This document shows, piece by piece, positions 55,826-64,000 of a DNA stretch of 64,000 bases. How positions within the stretch are numbered: position 1 is the first letter of the stretch; every line of letters starts with the position of its first letter. This DNA comes from Thermoplasmatota archaeon. GTDB taxonomy: Archaea > Thermoplasmatota > E2 > JACPAO01 > JAHFTW01. Where the stretch lies: the NCBI GenBank assembly GCA_041601615.1, contig JBFIHX010000007.1:87805-151804 (forward strand), read 5' to 3'. Under the pieces are notes generated by a model. The model worked only from the letters and a program-made list of their open reading frames with translations. It did not search any database and was not told the DNA's origin. The position numbers and the translations under genes were made by a program.

Positions 55826-58492
55826 CTAGATCCACACCACCGTTTGGCTGGTCACGACGGTTCCTCCAGTGCTCGTGGCTCTGAATACTACGTTGGCGCC
55901 GTCGGGAACAAAGAAGCTCTTGGCCCAGGTGCCCCAGGAGGTTTTGGGGAGGTTGACCCATGCGCCGCCGTTGACTTGGGCTTCGACGCTGGCGGGTGGT
56001 TGTGAGGAGGTTACGCTCACTTCGACCCACCAGTTGTTGCTTGGGTCACTTGGCTTGAAGGTGGCGGTGAATGCGCCGCCGCTTGAGAGCCAGGTGTAGG
56101 TGGTGGATTTTACGGCTGCTCCATCGGTGTCGGTGGCGGTGAATTGCACTTTGGCACCGGAGGGGACGTGGAAGCTCTTGGCCCAATTGCCCCAGCTTTG
56201 TTTGGTGAGTGCTACGGGTGCGCCTCCGTCCACGGTGGCGGTGACGGTTCCGACGGGGTGGTTGCCGGTCACTTTCACTTCGACCCACCAGTTGTTGACG
56301 CTGCCGGGGACTTGGAAGGTGGCAGTGAAGTCACCAGAGGGCGGGGGAGGAGGCGGGGGCGCGGAGCCGAGCCATTGGAAGGGGTCGCTTGTGACGCTGT
56401 CTCCGACGGTGTTGGTGGCTTTGAAGACCACCGTGCTGCCGGTTGCCACGAAGAAGCTCTTGGCCCAATTGCCCCAGCTTTGATGCGGGAGGTCGATGGG
56501 TGTGCCGCCGTCCACGGTGGCGGTTACACTCGCGATTGCGTGGACACTGGCCACTTCCACTTCGACCCACCAGTTGTTGACGCTGCCAGGGACTTTGAAC
56601 GTCGCTTCGAAGGTGCCGCTGGGTGGCGGAGGCGTGCTAAGCGGCACGCTGCCTTTGGTGTGGACGCCGTCGAGCCAAGTAAACGGTGCACTTTGGCTTG
56701 CAAAGTTACCGGCGTCCATTGCGCGGAATTCGACTTTGGTGCCGGCGACGGTGTGGTGGGAGGAGGTCCAGGCGCCCCAGGAGCTCATGGTCATGGGGTT
56801 CCAGCCGCCGTCATTGATGCGGATGGACATGCCAGTAATCGCGCGCGCCGGGGAGGGGTTTGCGGTCACTTCTTGCCACCATTGGTTGGGGTTTTTGATG
56901 GTGAATGTAGCGTCGAAATCGCCTGTGGGTGGCGGAGTTCCGCCTCCTGCTGTGGGGTACGGCAGGTGGGGCCAGGCGGCGTTGTAGGCGGCGTGGGTGT
57001 CGTAGACGAGGATGGCGCCGCCGCTGACGGCGTTGGTGGCGGCTTCGACGGGCACGATCCATTGCATGGTGCCGGTGTTCCAGAGGTCTTCGACGATGGG
57101 ACCTCGGCTGACTTTCCATGGGGTGGTGCCGATGAAGGTTTCTTTGGCGCCGGTGATTCCGTTGAGGTACCAGATGCCGTCGCCGTTGTGGCCGGGGCCA
57201 TTGGCAAACAGTTCCTGAACACCGTCTTCATCTATGTCGGCAAGCGCCAGGTCCTTGTTGTTCCAGTAGGTGTTCATGGTCTGTTTCCAGACGAGGTTGC
57301 CTGTGGAGTCGTAGCGGTAGAAGTGGGCGGGGCCGGTGATTTGCCAGGCGTTGGTGGGGTCGCCGGGGAAGGGCGGCTTGTGTCCGACGGTGTTCCAGTC
57401 GGCCCAGAATACGTCGGCTTTGCCGTTGCCGTCGATGTCGTACACGATGGGGTGGGTGTAGGTGAGTGGGGCGCCGCCGTTGAAGTCTTGGCGCATCCAT
57501 AGGAGACCGCCGCTGCCTTTGACCACGAACAGCGCCGCGTGGTTCTTGGAAAAGTCGTAGCGGTCGTGGCTGTCGCGGGCGCCGAAGACGATGTCTAGGG
57601 GGCCTACGCCGTCCACTTGGGCGATGGTGGCTCCGACGGGGATGGACGCGGCGCCGAGGTTGTATTGCGGGTGTCCGGCCCAGAATGTCCACTTCGTGGC
57701 GCCGGTTTGGCCGTTGCTGACGGTGACGACGCCGCCGTCGCTGACCCAGACTACTTCGAGGGTTCCGTCGAAGTTGAGGTCGGCTACGGCGGGTTCGGAG
57801 TTGCCGCCACTAATGCAGGTTTTCCACATGATGCTGCCGTCGAGGCGCAGTGCGAAGCCGCCTTTTTCTTCGGTGTAGGCAAGAATTTCTAGGTCGCCGT
57901 CGCCGTCAAGGTCTGCGAGCACGGGTTTGCTGTCCATGCCGGGGTTGGGTTCGCAGTCGTTCAGGCGTCGTTCCCAGAGTTTGGTGAATTGGAAGTGTCC
58001 AGGGTTGCTTGCGCTGTCTTCGTAGCGAAACAGCGTGATGTAGGATGCGGAGTTGGCGACGACCACATGCGGCACGCCGCCTTCGACGAGTACGACTGCT
58101 TCGGGGCCGTTGATGGGGCGGGCTCCCCAGCCTCCCGGGTACTTGGTTTGTAGTTCAGACAGGAGGGCGCCGGTTTTGGAGTCGAAGACATAGACGTAGC
58201 GGTTGTCGTTTTGGACGACGATTTCTTTTTTGCCGTCGCCGTTGAAGTCGAACACTTTGGGGGGTGCTGCGTCGAAGGCTTCGAACGGTACGGTGGGGTT
58301 GGCGCTGGCGGTGTCGATGGTGAGCACGCGAGCGGTGGGCGCGGGTGCTGCTTCTACGCTGGGCACGGGCACGACCACCAACAGTGCGGCGCCGAGCAAG
58401 ACGGCGCAGGCGAGGAGGGTCCATGGAAGTTGGTGCTTGGGAGTGGTTGTTTTTGGGGGGGTTCGGGGGTTCGGTTGCGTCGCGAGCTTCAT
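55826..58492 (-). CDS. secreted FG-GAP/integrin-alpha-like beta-propeller protein + 4-5 C-terminal CBM-like modules
   Basis: FG-GAP Ca-binding loops include 'FDFNGDGKKEIVV', 'LADLDGDGDLEIL', 'VADLNFDGTLEVV', 'VYDIDGNGKADVF' and 'LADIDEDGVQELF'. C-terminal repeats 'NNWWVEVEV...SWGNWAKSFFV..GS.VVFKATN..G..VTS' belong to the same family as in 52804. Confidence 0.75.
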   Translation of the reverse strand: MKLATQPNPRTPPKTTTPKHQLPWTLLACAVLLGAALLVVVPVPSVEAAPAPTARVLTIDTASANPTVPFEAFDAAPPKVFDFNGDGKKEIVVQNDNRYVYVFDSKTGALLSELQTKYPGGWGARPINGPEAVVLVEGGVPHVVVANSASYITLFRYEDSASNPGHFQFTKLWERRLNDCEPNPGMDSKPVLADLDGDGDLEILAYTEEKGGFALRLDGSIMWKTCISGGNSEPAVADLNFDGTLEVVWVSDGGVVTVSNGQTGATKWTFWAGHPQYNLGAASIPVGATIAQVDGVGPLDIVFGARDSHDRYDFSKNHAALFVVKGSGGLLWMRQDFNGGAPLTYTHPIVYDIDGNGKADVFWADWNTVGHKPPFPGDPTNAWQITGPAHFYRYDSTGNLVWKQTMNTYWNNKDLALADIDEDGVQELFANGPGHNGDGIWYLNGITGAKETFIGTTPWKVSRGPIVEDLWNTGTMQWIVPVEAATNAVSGGAILVYDTHAAYNAAWPHLPYPTAGGGTPPPTGDFDATFTIKNPNQWWQEVTANPSPARAITGMSIRINDGGWNPMTMSSWGAWTSSHHTVAGTKVEFRAMDAGNFASQSAPFTWLDGVHTKGSVPLSTPPPPSGTFEATFKVPGSVNNWWVEVEVASVHAIASVTATVDGGTPIDLPHQSWGNWAKSFFVATGSTVVFKATNTVGDSVTSDPFQWLGSAPPPPPPPSGDFTATFQVPGSVNNWWVEVKVTGNHPVGTVTATVDGGAPVALTKQSWGNWAKSFHVPSGAKVQFTATDTDGAAVKSTTYTWLSSGGAFTATFKPSDPSNNWWVEVSVTSSQPPASVEAQVNGGAWVNLPKTSWGTWAKSFFVPDGANVVFRATSTGGTVVTSQTVVWI

Positions 58493-60021
58493 GCTGCATC
58501 ACCTGTCTTTGTGGCGGATGCTCCGAGGTCGAAGACCAGCACCGCGCCGTTTCGTGGGCCGTCGATGGGCTCCACGGGAAACACGAGGCTCATGCTACCA
58601 TCGTGTTGAAGATCGAACAGTTGCGGACCGCGCATGAGCTTCCACCCGCCTGCTGCAAGGTACCCTTCTTTCTTGCCGGTGGCGCTATCGAGGCGCCAGA
58701 TGCCGTCTCCGCCGAGGCCTTCGCCGTTGACGAGCAGTTCCATTGTGCCGTCGCCGTTGGTGTCTGCCGCGGCGATGGCTTTGTTGGACCACCAAGCGTC
58801 TAGGGTTCGCACCCAGACTTCCTCGCCGTCGGCGGTGAGTCGAAAGGCGTGGGCGGGGCCGAGGTGTTGCCAGTTGCCGGGCCAGTGTCCGATGGTGTTC
58901 CAGTCCATGCCGAGGATGTCGGTGGCGCCGTCGTTGTCGATGTCCATGGCGAGGAGTGGGGTGTAGCTCATGGGGTTGGCCCATTCGGGTTGCTTCATCC
59001 AGACCAGTTCGGATTTCCAGGTCTCGGGGTTTTGGCGCACGGCAAAGATGGCCATGTGGTAGTCGCTGAAGGCGTCGGGGTCGTCGCTGGGGGCGTGGCG
59101 GGCGGTGAACAGGATTTCGAGGGGGAGTTTGCCGTCCAGGTCTGCCACGGTGGGTGCGACGGGGATGGATGCAGGCGCGATGCCGTAGCGTGGGTCGGCG
59201 GCGTGAAAGGACCATTGCGGTGCGCCTGTGGCGCCATCGAGCACGGAGAGGAGGCCGTCGTCGGAGGCGAAGATTGCTTCGAGGTCGCCGTCGCCGTCAA
59301 GGTCGGCTACCACGGGGCTTGCGTTGCCGCCGGCCCAGCAGTGGCTCCACCTGGTTGTGCCGTTGGATTCGAGGGCAAAGAATCCCACTTGTTCCGTTTG
59401 TACGAGCACTTCGAGCGCTCCGTCGCCGTCAAGATCGGCAAGCACCGCGCCTGCGTCCATGCCGGCACCTGGATAGCAACCGTCCATGCGTACTTCCCAG
59501 GCTTTGTCAAATTGGAACGTGCCGTCAAGGTCGGTACCCTGAAAGGTCCAGGCGGTAACGTAGGCGGCGGGACTGGTGGCCAGGAGGGCAATGGGTCCAT
59601 CGGGTTCCAATCGTCCAGCGGCGACTTGGTTGAGGACATTGTCGACGTGCCAGGAGGGAGGAAATCGTAGCGGCAGCCGGGCGAGCACTTGGCCGGTGTC
59701 CGAGTCGAAGACGTAGACGTGGCGGTCACGGCTTGCAGCGACCAATTCGTCGCGGCCGTCCCCGTCCAAATCGATTGCGGTCAAGGCGGTGTCGATGGAG
59801 CCGGGCCATGCGTCCAGGCCGGACGTTGCGGGGTCGCCAAAGGCGCCGAGCCAACGGGCTTGCGAGCCTGCGCCGACGGACCAGCCATCCAAAACCGGGG
59901 CGGCGACAGGATCGGGGCCTTCTGCGCCGGTCTCGCGGCCACCTCCTTGGAGACATCCGGCGATGGCGGCGCTGCCCACAAAGCACGCTGCAAGGACCAT
60001 GCGGCGGGTGGACCGGCTCAT
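58489..60021 (-). CDS. FG-GAP beta-propeller lipoprotein (paralog of 55826 without CBM modules)
   Basis: Start refined to M179: 'MSRSTRRMVLAACFVGSAAIAGC' is a Tat-like RR plus lipobox. Loops include 'IDLDGDGRDELV', 'LADLDGDGALEVL', 'VADLDGDGDLEAI', 'MDIDNDGATDIL' and 'ADTNGDGTMELL'. Confidence 0.75.
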   Translation of the reverse strand: MSRSTRRMVLAACFVGSAAIAGCLQGGGRETGAEGPDPVAAPVLDGWSVGAGSQARWLGAFGDPATSGLDAWPGSIDTALTAIDLDGDGRDELVAASRDRHVYVFDSDTGQVLARLPLRFPPSWHVDNVLNQVAAGRLEPDGPIALLATSPAAYVTAWTFQGTDLDGTFQFDKAWEVRMDGCYPGAGMDAGAVLADLDGDGALEVLVQTEQVGFFALESNGTTRWSHCWAGGNASPVVADLDGDGDLEAIFASDDGLLSVLDGATGAPQWSFHAADPRYGIAPASIPVAPTVADLDGKLPLEILFTARHAPSDDPDAFSDYHMAIFAVRQNPETWKSELVWMKQPEWANPMSYTPLLAMDIDNDGATDILGMDWNTIGHWPGNWQHLGPAHAFRLTADGEEVWVRTLDAWWSNKAIAAADTNGDGTMELLVNGEGLGGDGIWRLDSATGKKEGYLAAGGWKLMRGPQLFDLQHDGSMSLVFPVEPIDGPRNGAVLVFDLGASATKTGDAA

Positions 60022-60973
60022 TCGGGTCCACGCCCCTTCTTGGGCACCGGTTCTTCGGCCCAGCGCAAATGTGCGGGCACTGCATGCGTGCCGAGTCCGC
60101 CCCCTCCGGGTGCCCCGTTTCCTCGGACCATGCGGGGAGTGTTCGGGTTGGTTGCGGGGGCACGGGGCCGGCGTTCGGGTCGCGTGGTGCGTGGTAGCGA
60201 ACGGAACCGGGAGCGCACGAGGCACCATCCGATGCGGGCGCCGTCGCGGGTGGCGGAGAGTTTGGTGGTGCCGGCGCGGGGCAGGTAGTCGGCTTGGATG
60301 TGGGCGATGCGCAGGTGCTGCCGGGAGGCGAGGGCAAACAGTTCGGCCTCCAATTCGAAGCCCTTGCTTTCGAGCGGCATGTGCAAGAGCACGTCGGCGC
60401 GGAAGGCCCAGAGGCCGGTGCAAAGATCCGGGCAGCGGCGGCCGTAGAGCACTGCGGCGCCCGCTGAGAGTAGCGCGTTGCCCACTTTGTGTAGGCCAGA
60501 CATGGAGCCGGGCAGCGGGCGTCGGTCTCCCATCACCACATCTGCGTCGCCCCAAGCCAGTGGTTCGAGAACGCGCGGGATGGCGTCGGCGGCGTAGCTT
60601 CCGTCGGCGTCGAGCATCACGACGTAGTTGCAGGTAAGCCCTTGGCGGGCGTTGCGGACGGCGGAGCCTTTGCCATCGGATTCGTCGGGGATGACCGTTG
60701 CGCCTTCAGCTCGCGCGATGTCGGGCGTGCCGTCGTTGCTGTGGCCATCAAGTACGATGGTTTCCACTTCGTAGCCCAGTGCTTCTAGGGTGGCGACCGG
60801 GATGGCGCGCAGCGTGGCTCGGATTGCTTCGGCCTCGTTTTTGGCGGGCACAACGATGGTAACCTTGCCCGCTTTGTGCGACGATGTTGTCGGCGCCGAT
60901 GAGTCGCGTGTGCGCGTGTTGCGTTGCGGTCCGGCCCCGGGTTTGACCTCCATTGCAAAGCCAGTGTCGCTCA
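60018..60973 (-). CDS. family 2 glycosyltransferase (Dpm1/DPG-synthase-like)
   Basis: 'VTIVVPAKNEAEAI', 'IVLDGHSNDGT' and 'MLDADGSY' are GT2 motifs. The start is refined to MSDTGF. An ATGA overlap with the propeller gene gives translational coupling. Confidence 0.75.
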
Positions 60974-62794
60974 TTGCGGCACCTCCGAGATTCGATAGGT
61001 CAAGACACGAGAATGGGCAAGACCCATGCCGCTGCATAGCGAGTCTACGGGTTGCCAAGGCTCTTGATGCAAGAACGATAGGTCAAGGCCCGGATTCTCC
61101 AGCACGAGGTAGCGATCCACGAGCACCAGCACATTCCTACCTCCAAGAATTTGGTCCGTGAGCACCTTGTTTCGGTGCGGTTCGTCCCAGTAGAAGCCTT
61201 GGCTTGGCCAGACGTTCAATGGCTCGGGAGCAAAGGCCGCGAGGACCAATTTGGCTTGCCAGCCGCCCGTGATGATGATCGTGGAACCGTCTTGTTCCTG
61301 GGCCAAGCCGCGCAGCGCCTCGAACTCGCAGTCCGGGTAGAGTCGATACCAGCCACCTTCGTATTCGGGCGGCGAAGCGGCGTAGACTGTGCCCGTGAGT
61401 GCCACGGTCAAGAACAAGGAAAGCACGCCGCCCGCCATGGCAGAGCGTGCCCCATTTCGAGAGCCGGAAACATGACCCTTGTGCAGGGCTGCGTTGTTCC
61501 ATGCCCGCACAAATGTCCGGACGGCGGCACCCGCGAATGATCCGGCAAGCAGAACGAGTCCGATGCCAAGGTACGCGGCGGTGCGGTGGGGCCAGTATTC
61601 GCTGTTGAATGGATTGTGCACCACGAAGGGCAACGTCGCCGCCGCCAATCCCGCGCCCAGCAAGGCAGCCGGCGTGCGCACAAAGGGCAGCGCCACGAGG
61701 CCAGCCCCGGCGAGAACAAGAATTGGCCACCCCATCATGCGTGGCAAATCAACCTGGTCCGGCATTCCGGCTCGAATGGCAGGCACCATCACCACGACAA
61801 TCGCCACTGCAATGAGGCTGCTCAAGACCACCTTTGAAGGTGCTCGCGCAAGCCACGAACCGATGCCATTTCGTGCACGCTCTAGGGGCCGTTGCAAAGC
61901 CACGAGGACGACGCCGAGGCCTACGCTGGTTCCACTGACGGCAAGCGCGATGCGATCCAGGTCGGCATCTAGTGTGGGCACATTGATGTCTTGGAAACCG
62001 AGGCCACAATCTTCCCAGCATGCAAACACCGCGACTCCAAGCGTCATGCCGCTCACAAGCAGCACAGCACCAATGCCGGCGATGGTGGTGCCTACGGCCG
62101 ATCGCTTCTGCGCCGCCGCACCCGCACCAGCGCCAATACTAGGACCCGCGTTGCTGCGCTGCCGATTCGTGGGTGCGTGCACCAACAAAGCCAGCACCGC
62201 CGTCGCGAGAATCGCCGGGCCAAGAATGCCCAATACCCACGGGTGGGAGACAATCAAAAACAACGAGAAGGGCGCGGCGACCCCGAGCCACACGAACCGG
62301 CCCCGCATCAGTTCCAATAAGGCAAAGAACAGGAAGGGCAACAGCGCCAAGTCAAGAGCCGTCGGTGCCATCATGGTGGTGCGAAAGATCGCCTCTGGTG
62401 CGACCGCGAAAGCCATGCCACCTGTGAGCCCAGCAGCGAGGCCGCCCCATCGCGACAACAGCACGGCACATCCAAGCACTCCGACGGCGCCAAAAACCGC
62501 TGGCCCGACACGGAAAATATCGTACAAATCGAGCCCAGTGTACACCCAAGCGGCGCCCAGCACTGCGTGAAGCCCGGGCGGATAGGTGGTGCCGGTGGTG
62601 TACAATGGTTCAATGTTTCCGTCCGCCAAATGGCTGCGCGTGAGCGCCATGTGGGTGTATGGATCCTCAGCCGGAACTGCCGGCGACGAGAGCGGGTCCT
62701 GCAGCCGCAGTACGAGGCCGAGCGCGACCGTGGCCGCCAAAGCCACGAGCATGACGGCTGTGGCAAGATGATGCACCGTAGAATCCCTGGTCAT
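60971..62794 (-). CDS. large polytopic membrane protein, GT-C-fold glycosyltransferase-like (PMT/ArnT-like) candidate
   Basis: Start refined to 'MTRDSTVHHLATAVMLVALA'. An N-terminal lumenal loop 'EDPYTHMALTRSHLADG' resembles the D-E/D-x-Y motif of PMT/ArnT-type enzymes. It has 12 or more TM helices plus a C-terminal soluble domain. Confidence 0.45.
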   Translation of the reverse strand: MTRDSTVHHLATAVMLVALAATVALGLVLRLQDPLSSPAVPAEDPYTHMALTRSHLADGNIEPLYTTGTTYPPGLHAVLGAAWVYTGLDLYDIFRVGPAVFGAVGVLGCAVLLSRWGGLAAGLTGGMAFAVAPEAIFRTTMMAPTALDLALLPFLFFALLELMRGRFVWLGVAAPFSLFLIVSHPWVLGILGPAILATAVLALLVHAPTNRQRSNAGPSIGAGAGAAAQKRSAVGTTIAGIGAVLLVSGMTLGVAVFACWEDCGLGFQDINVPTLDADLDRIALAVSGTSVGLGVVLVALQRPLERARNGIGSWLARAPSKVVLSSLIAVAIVVVMVPAIRAGMPDQVDLPRMMGWPILVLAGAGLVALPFVRTPAALLGAGLAAATLPFVVHNPFNSEYWPHRTAAYLGIGLVLLAGSFAGAAVRTFVRAWNNAALHKGHVSGSRNGARSAMAGGVLSLFLTVALTGTVYAASPPEYEGGWYRLYPDCEFEALRGLAQEQDGSTIIITGGWQAKLVLAAFAPEPLNVWPSQGFYWDEPHRNKVLTDQILGGRNVLVLVDRYLVLENPGLDLSFLHQEPWQPVDSLCSGMGLAHSRVLTYRISEVPQ

Positions 62795-62961
62795 GATGGT
62801 CCGTTTTTCCTTCGCGGCCTGCCTAGTTGCGCGTGTTGGGACAACGCTGCGGCAAAAACGGGACCACGGGCCATGGGAGGAACGGCCCCCATCTGCCTTG
62901 CCCCGCCGGCACGAATCGTCGTGGCACAAACCTCAACCTCCTCTAGCTCCGAACGTCCATC

Positions 62962-63411
62962 ATGGCCAGTTCCCTCGCGTCCGCTTCCAAAACAACATCG
63001 CAGACCGCTCCCGCCTGGCCCCTGCGGCTTGCTCAATCCACGGATTTGTTGCTAGCACTCGCGGTCGTCGCAGGTGCAGCAGCGGCTCGTTCGTTGCCCG
63101 GCGGAAGCACGCTTCGACTCGTATTGACGCTACCGGTGATCCTGTTTGTTCCCGGCTACCTGTTGCTCCAGGCGCTGTTGGTTCCCGTGCGCCCCGGTGC
63201 CGGCCACTTGCTTCAAACTCTGCTCGCCGTCGGCATCAGCTTGCCTTTGGTGGGATTGTTTGCCCTCTCCACGTCCCTTGTGGCAGGCGGCTTTCGACCC
63301 ACGCCAATCGTGCTTGCCATTTCGCTTGGGTGCCTGACACTGGCGGCGGTGGCGTTGGTGCGACGATTGCTCCTACGAGCCCCGGCCGAGGCAGCTGGGG
63401 GCTTGGCTTGA
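62962..63411 (+). CDS. small membrane protein (3-4 TM), function unknown
   Basis: Hydrophobic helices 'LLLALAVVAGAAAA', 'LVLTLPVILFVPGYLLL', 'LLAVGISLPLVGLFAL' and 'IVLAISLGCLTLAAVAL'. Confidence 0.4.
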   Translation: MASSLASASKTTSQTAPAWPLRLAQSTDLLLALAVVAGAAAARSLPGGSTLRLVLTLPVILFVPGYLLLQALLVPVRPGAGHLLQTLLAVGISLPLVGLFALSTSLVAGGFRPTPIVLAISLGCLTLAAVALVRRLLLRAPAEAAGGLA

Positions 63412-64000
63412 GCTGAAACCGCGCGTCAAATTCGGCAACCTAGCGCCGCGCACAAGTTCTGGCTGCTCCAGGCACCAAGGGTTTTCCCTGCCGTTGTTGC
63501 GCCGTGACGCTCTGAGCCAAGTCGCGCACCATCTTGCCACCGATTGCGAGTCCGATTTCAGCGCCAATCACCCTTCCAATTCCTACACCACACCCTGCTC
63601 CGATTCCTGCTGTGACCCCGACCCGCCCTTCCGTTCCCGTCACGGACCCAACAACTGAGTAGGGGAGCCGCGCCAAGGTCCGCCGCTGAACTTTGCAACC
63701 AGCGAAGTGAGCCGAGGCCAAGGAAGAGTCAGCAACCCGGACCAACAACCCAGATTAGCAACCCTCAGTTGCCGGGGGCAAGACACGCGCCAATCCGCGC
63801 CAAGCACGGACGGCGCACCGCCACCCACTCGCCCACATTCCCTGGGAACGAAACCATGGCCTCGCCCATGGAAGCCGCCAATGCACGCCCTAACGCCGAC
63901 TCACTCCCGCAAGCACCCGCACAGCCTTGAGCGGCCGTATTGAGCGTGGATGAGGCTCGGGTTCGATGACATCCTCGGCGTGCTTGGAGTTTCCCAGCGG

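Noticed and set aside
63440-63748. 102-aa minus-strand ORF with a Gly-zipper-like segment (GIGAGCGVGIGRVIGAEIGLAIGG) reminiscent of YeaQ/YmgE small membrane proteins
   Set aside because: No convincing start codon placement. The N-terminal half is Arg-rich noise. It is left uncalled, though a ~60-aa Gly-zipper protein could be real.
1-64000. Search for CRISPR arrays, rRNA genes and integrase or transposase genes
   Set aside because: No regularly spaced direct repeats with unique spacers, no rRNA-like conserved blocks, and no recombinase motifs were found by eye. The accessory islets therefore lack identifiable mobility genes within this window.

Overview
High-GC (roughly 65-68%) archaeal chromosomal segment, judged archaeal from RadA, TFE, Trm56 (tRNA C56 methyltransferase), KorAB (2-oxoacid:ferredoxin oxidoreductase), a CTP-dependent riboflavin kinase, an archaetidylserine synthase/decarboxylase pair, an HTH_10 regulator and an archaeosortase-like gene. 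Proteins are not acid-rich, so probably a non-halophilic euryarchaeon; the exact lineage cannot be determined by eye. The window is dominated by cell-surface biology. There are at least seven secreted proteins with C-terminal TM-plus-Arg sorting tails of two motif classes (PGF-CTERM-like 'PGPGA...RRR' and a distinct 'IPVFP...RR[KQ]'). There are two exosortase/archaeosortase-like polytopic genes, one in an operon with psd/pssA. There are three glycosylation or polysaccharide clusters (GT2/GT4/GT-C, Wzx-like flippases, and a secreted GH-like enzyme plus FG-GAP propellers carrying tandem CBM-like repeats). Housekeeping genes (rnhB, sixA, korAB, radA, tRNA-Thr, tfe, trm56, a MutS2-like ATPase) are interspersed with lower-GC accessory islets: a SIR2-like/HTH candidate defense island, a RES-Xre TA pair, an AbiEi/AbiEii pair, and a ~1.2 kb AT-rich insert encoding a Cys-rich secreted protein. 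Small-scale features include three (CCA)n microsatellites, a G12 homopolymer in a promoter, a 12-bp tandem array, a duplicated gene tail and a 34-bp tandem operator-like repeat. ORF-track coordinates include the stop codon and allow GTG/TTG starts. Many long antisense ORFs are artefacts of the high GC. All calls were made by eye from motifs; no searches were run.
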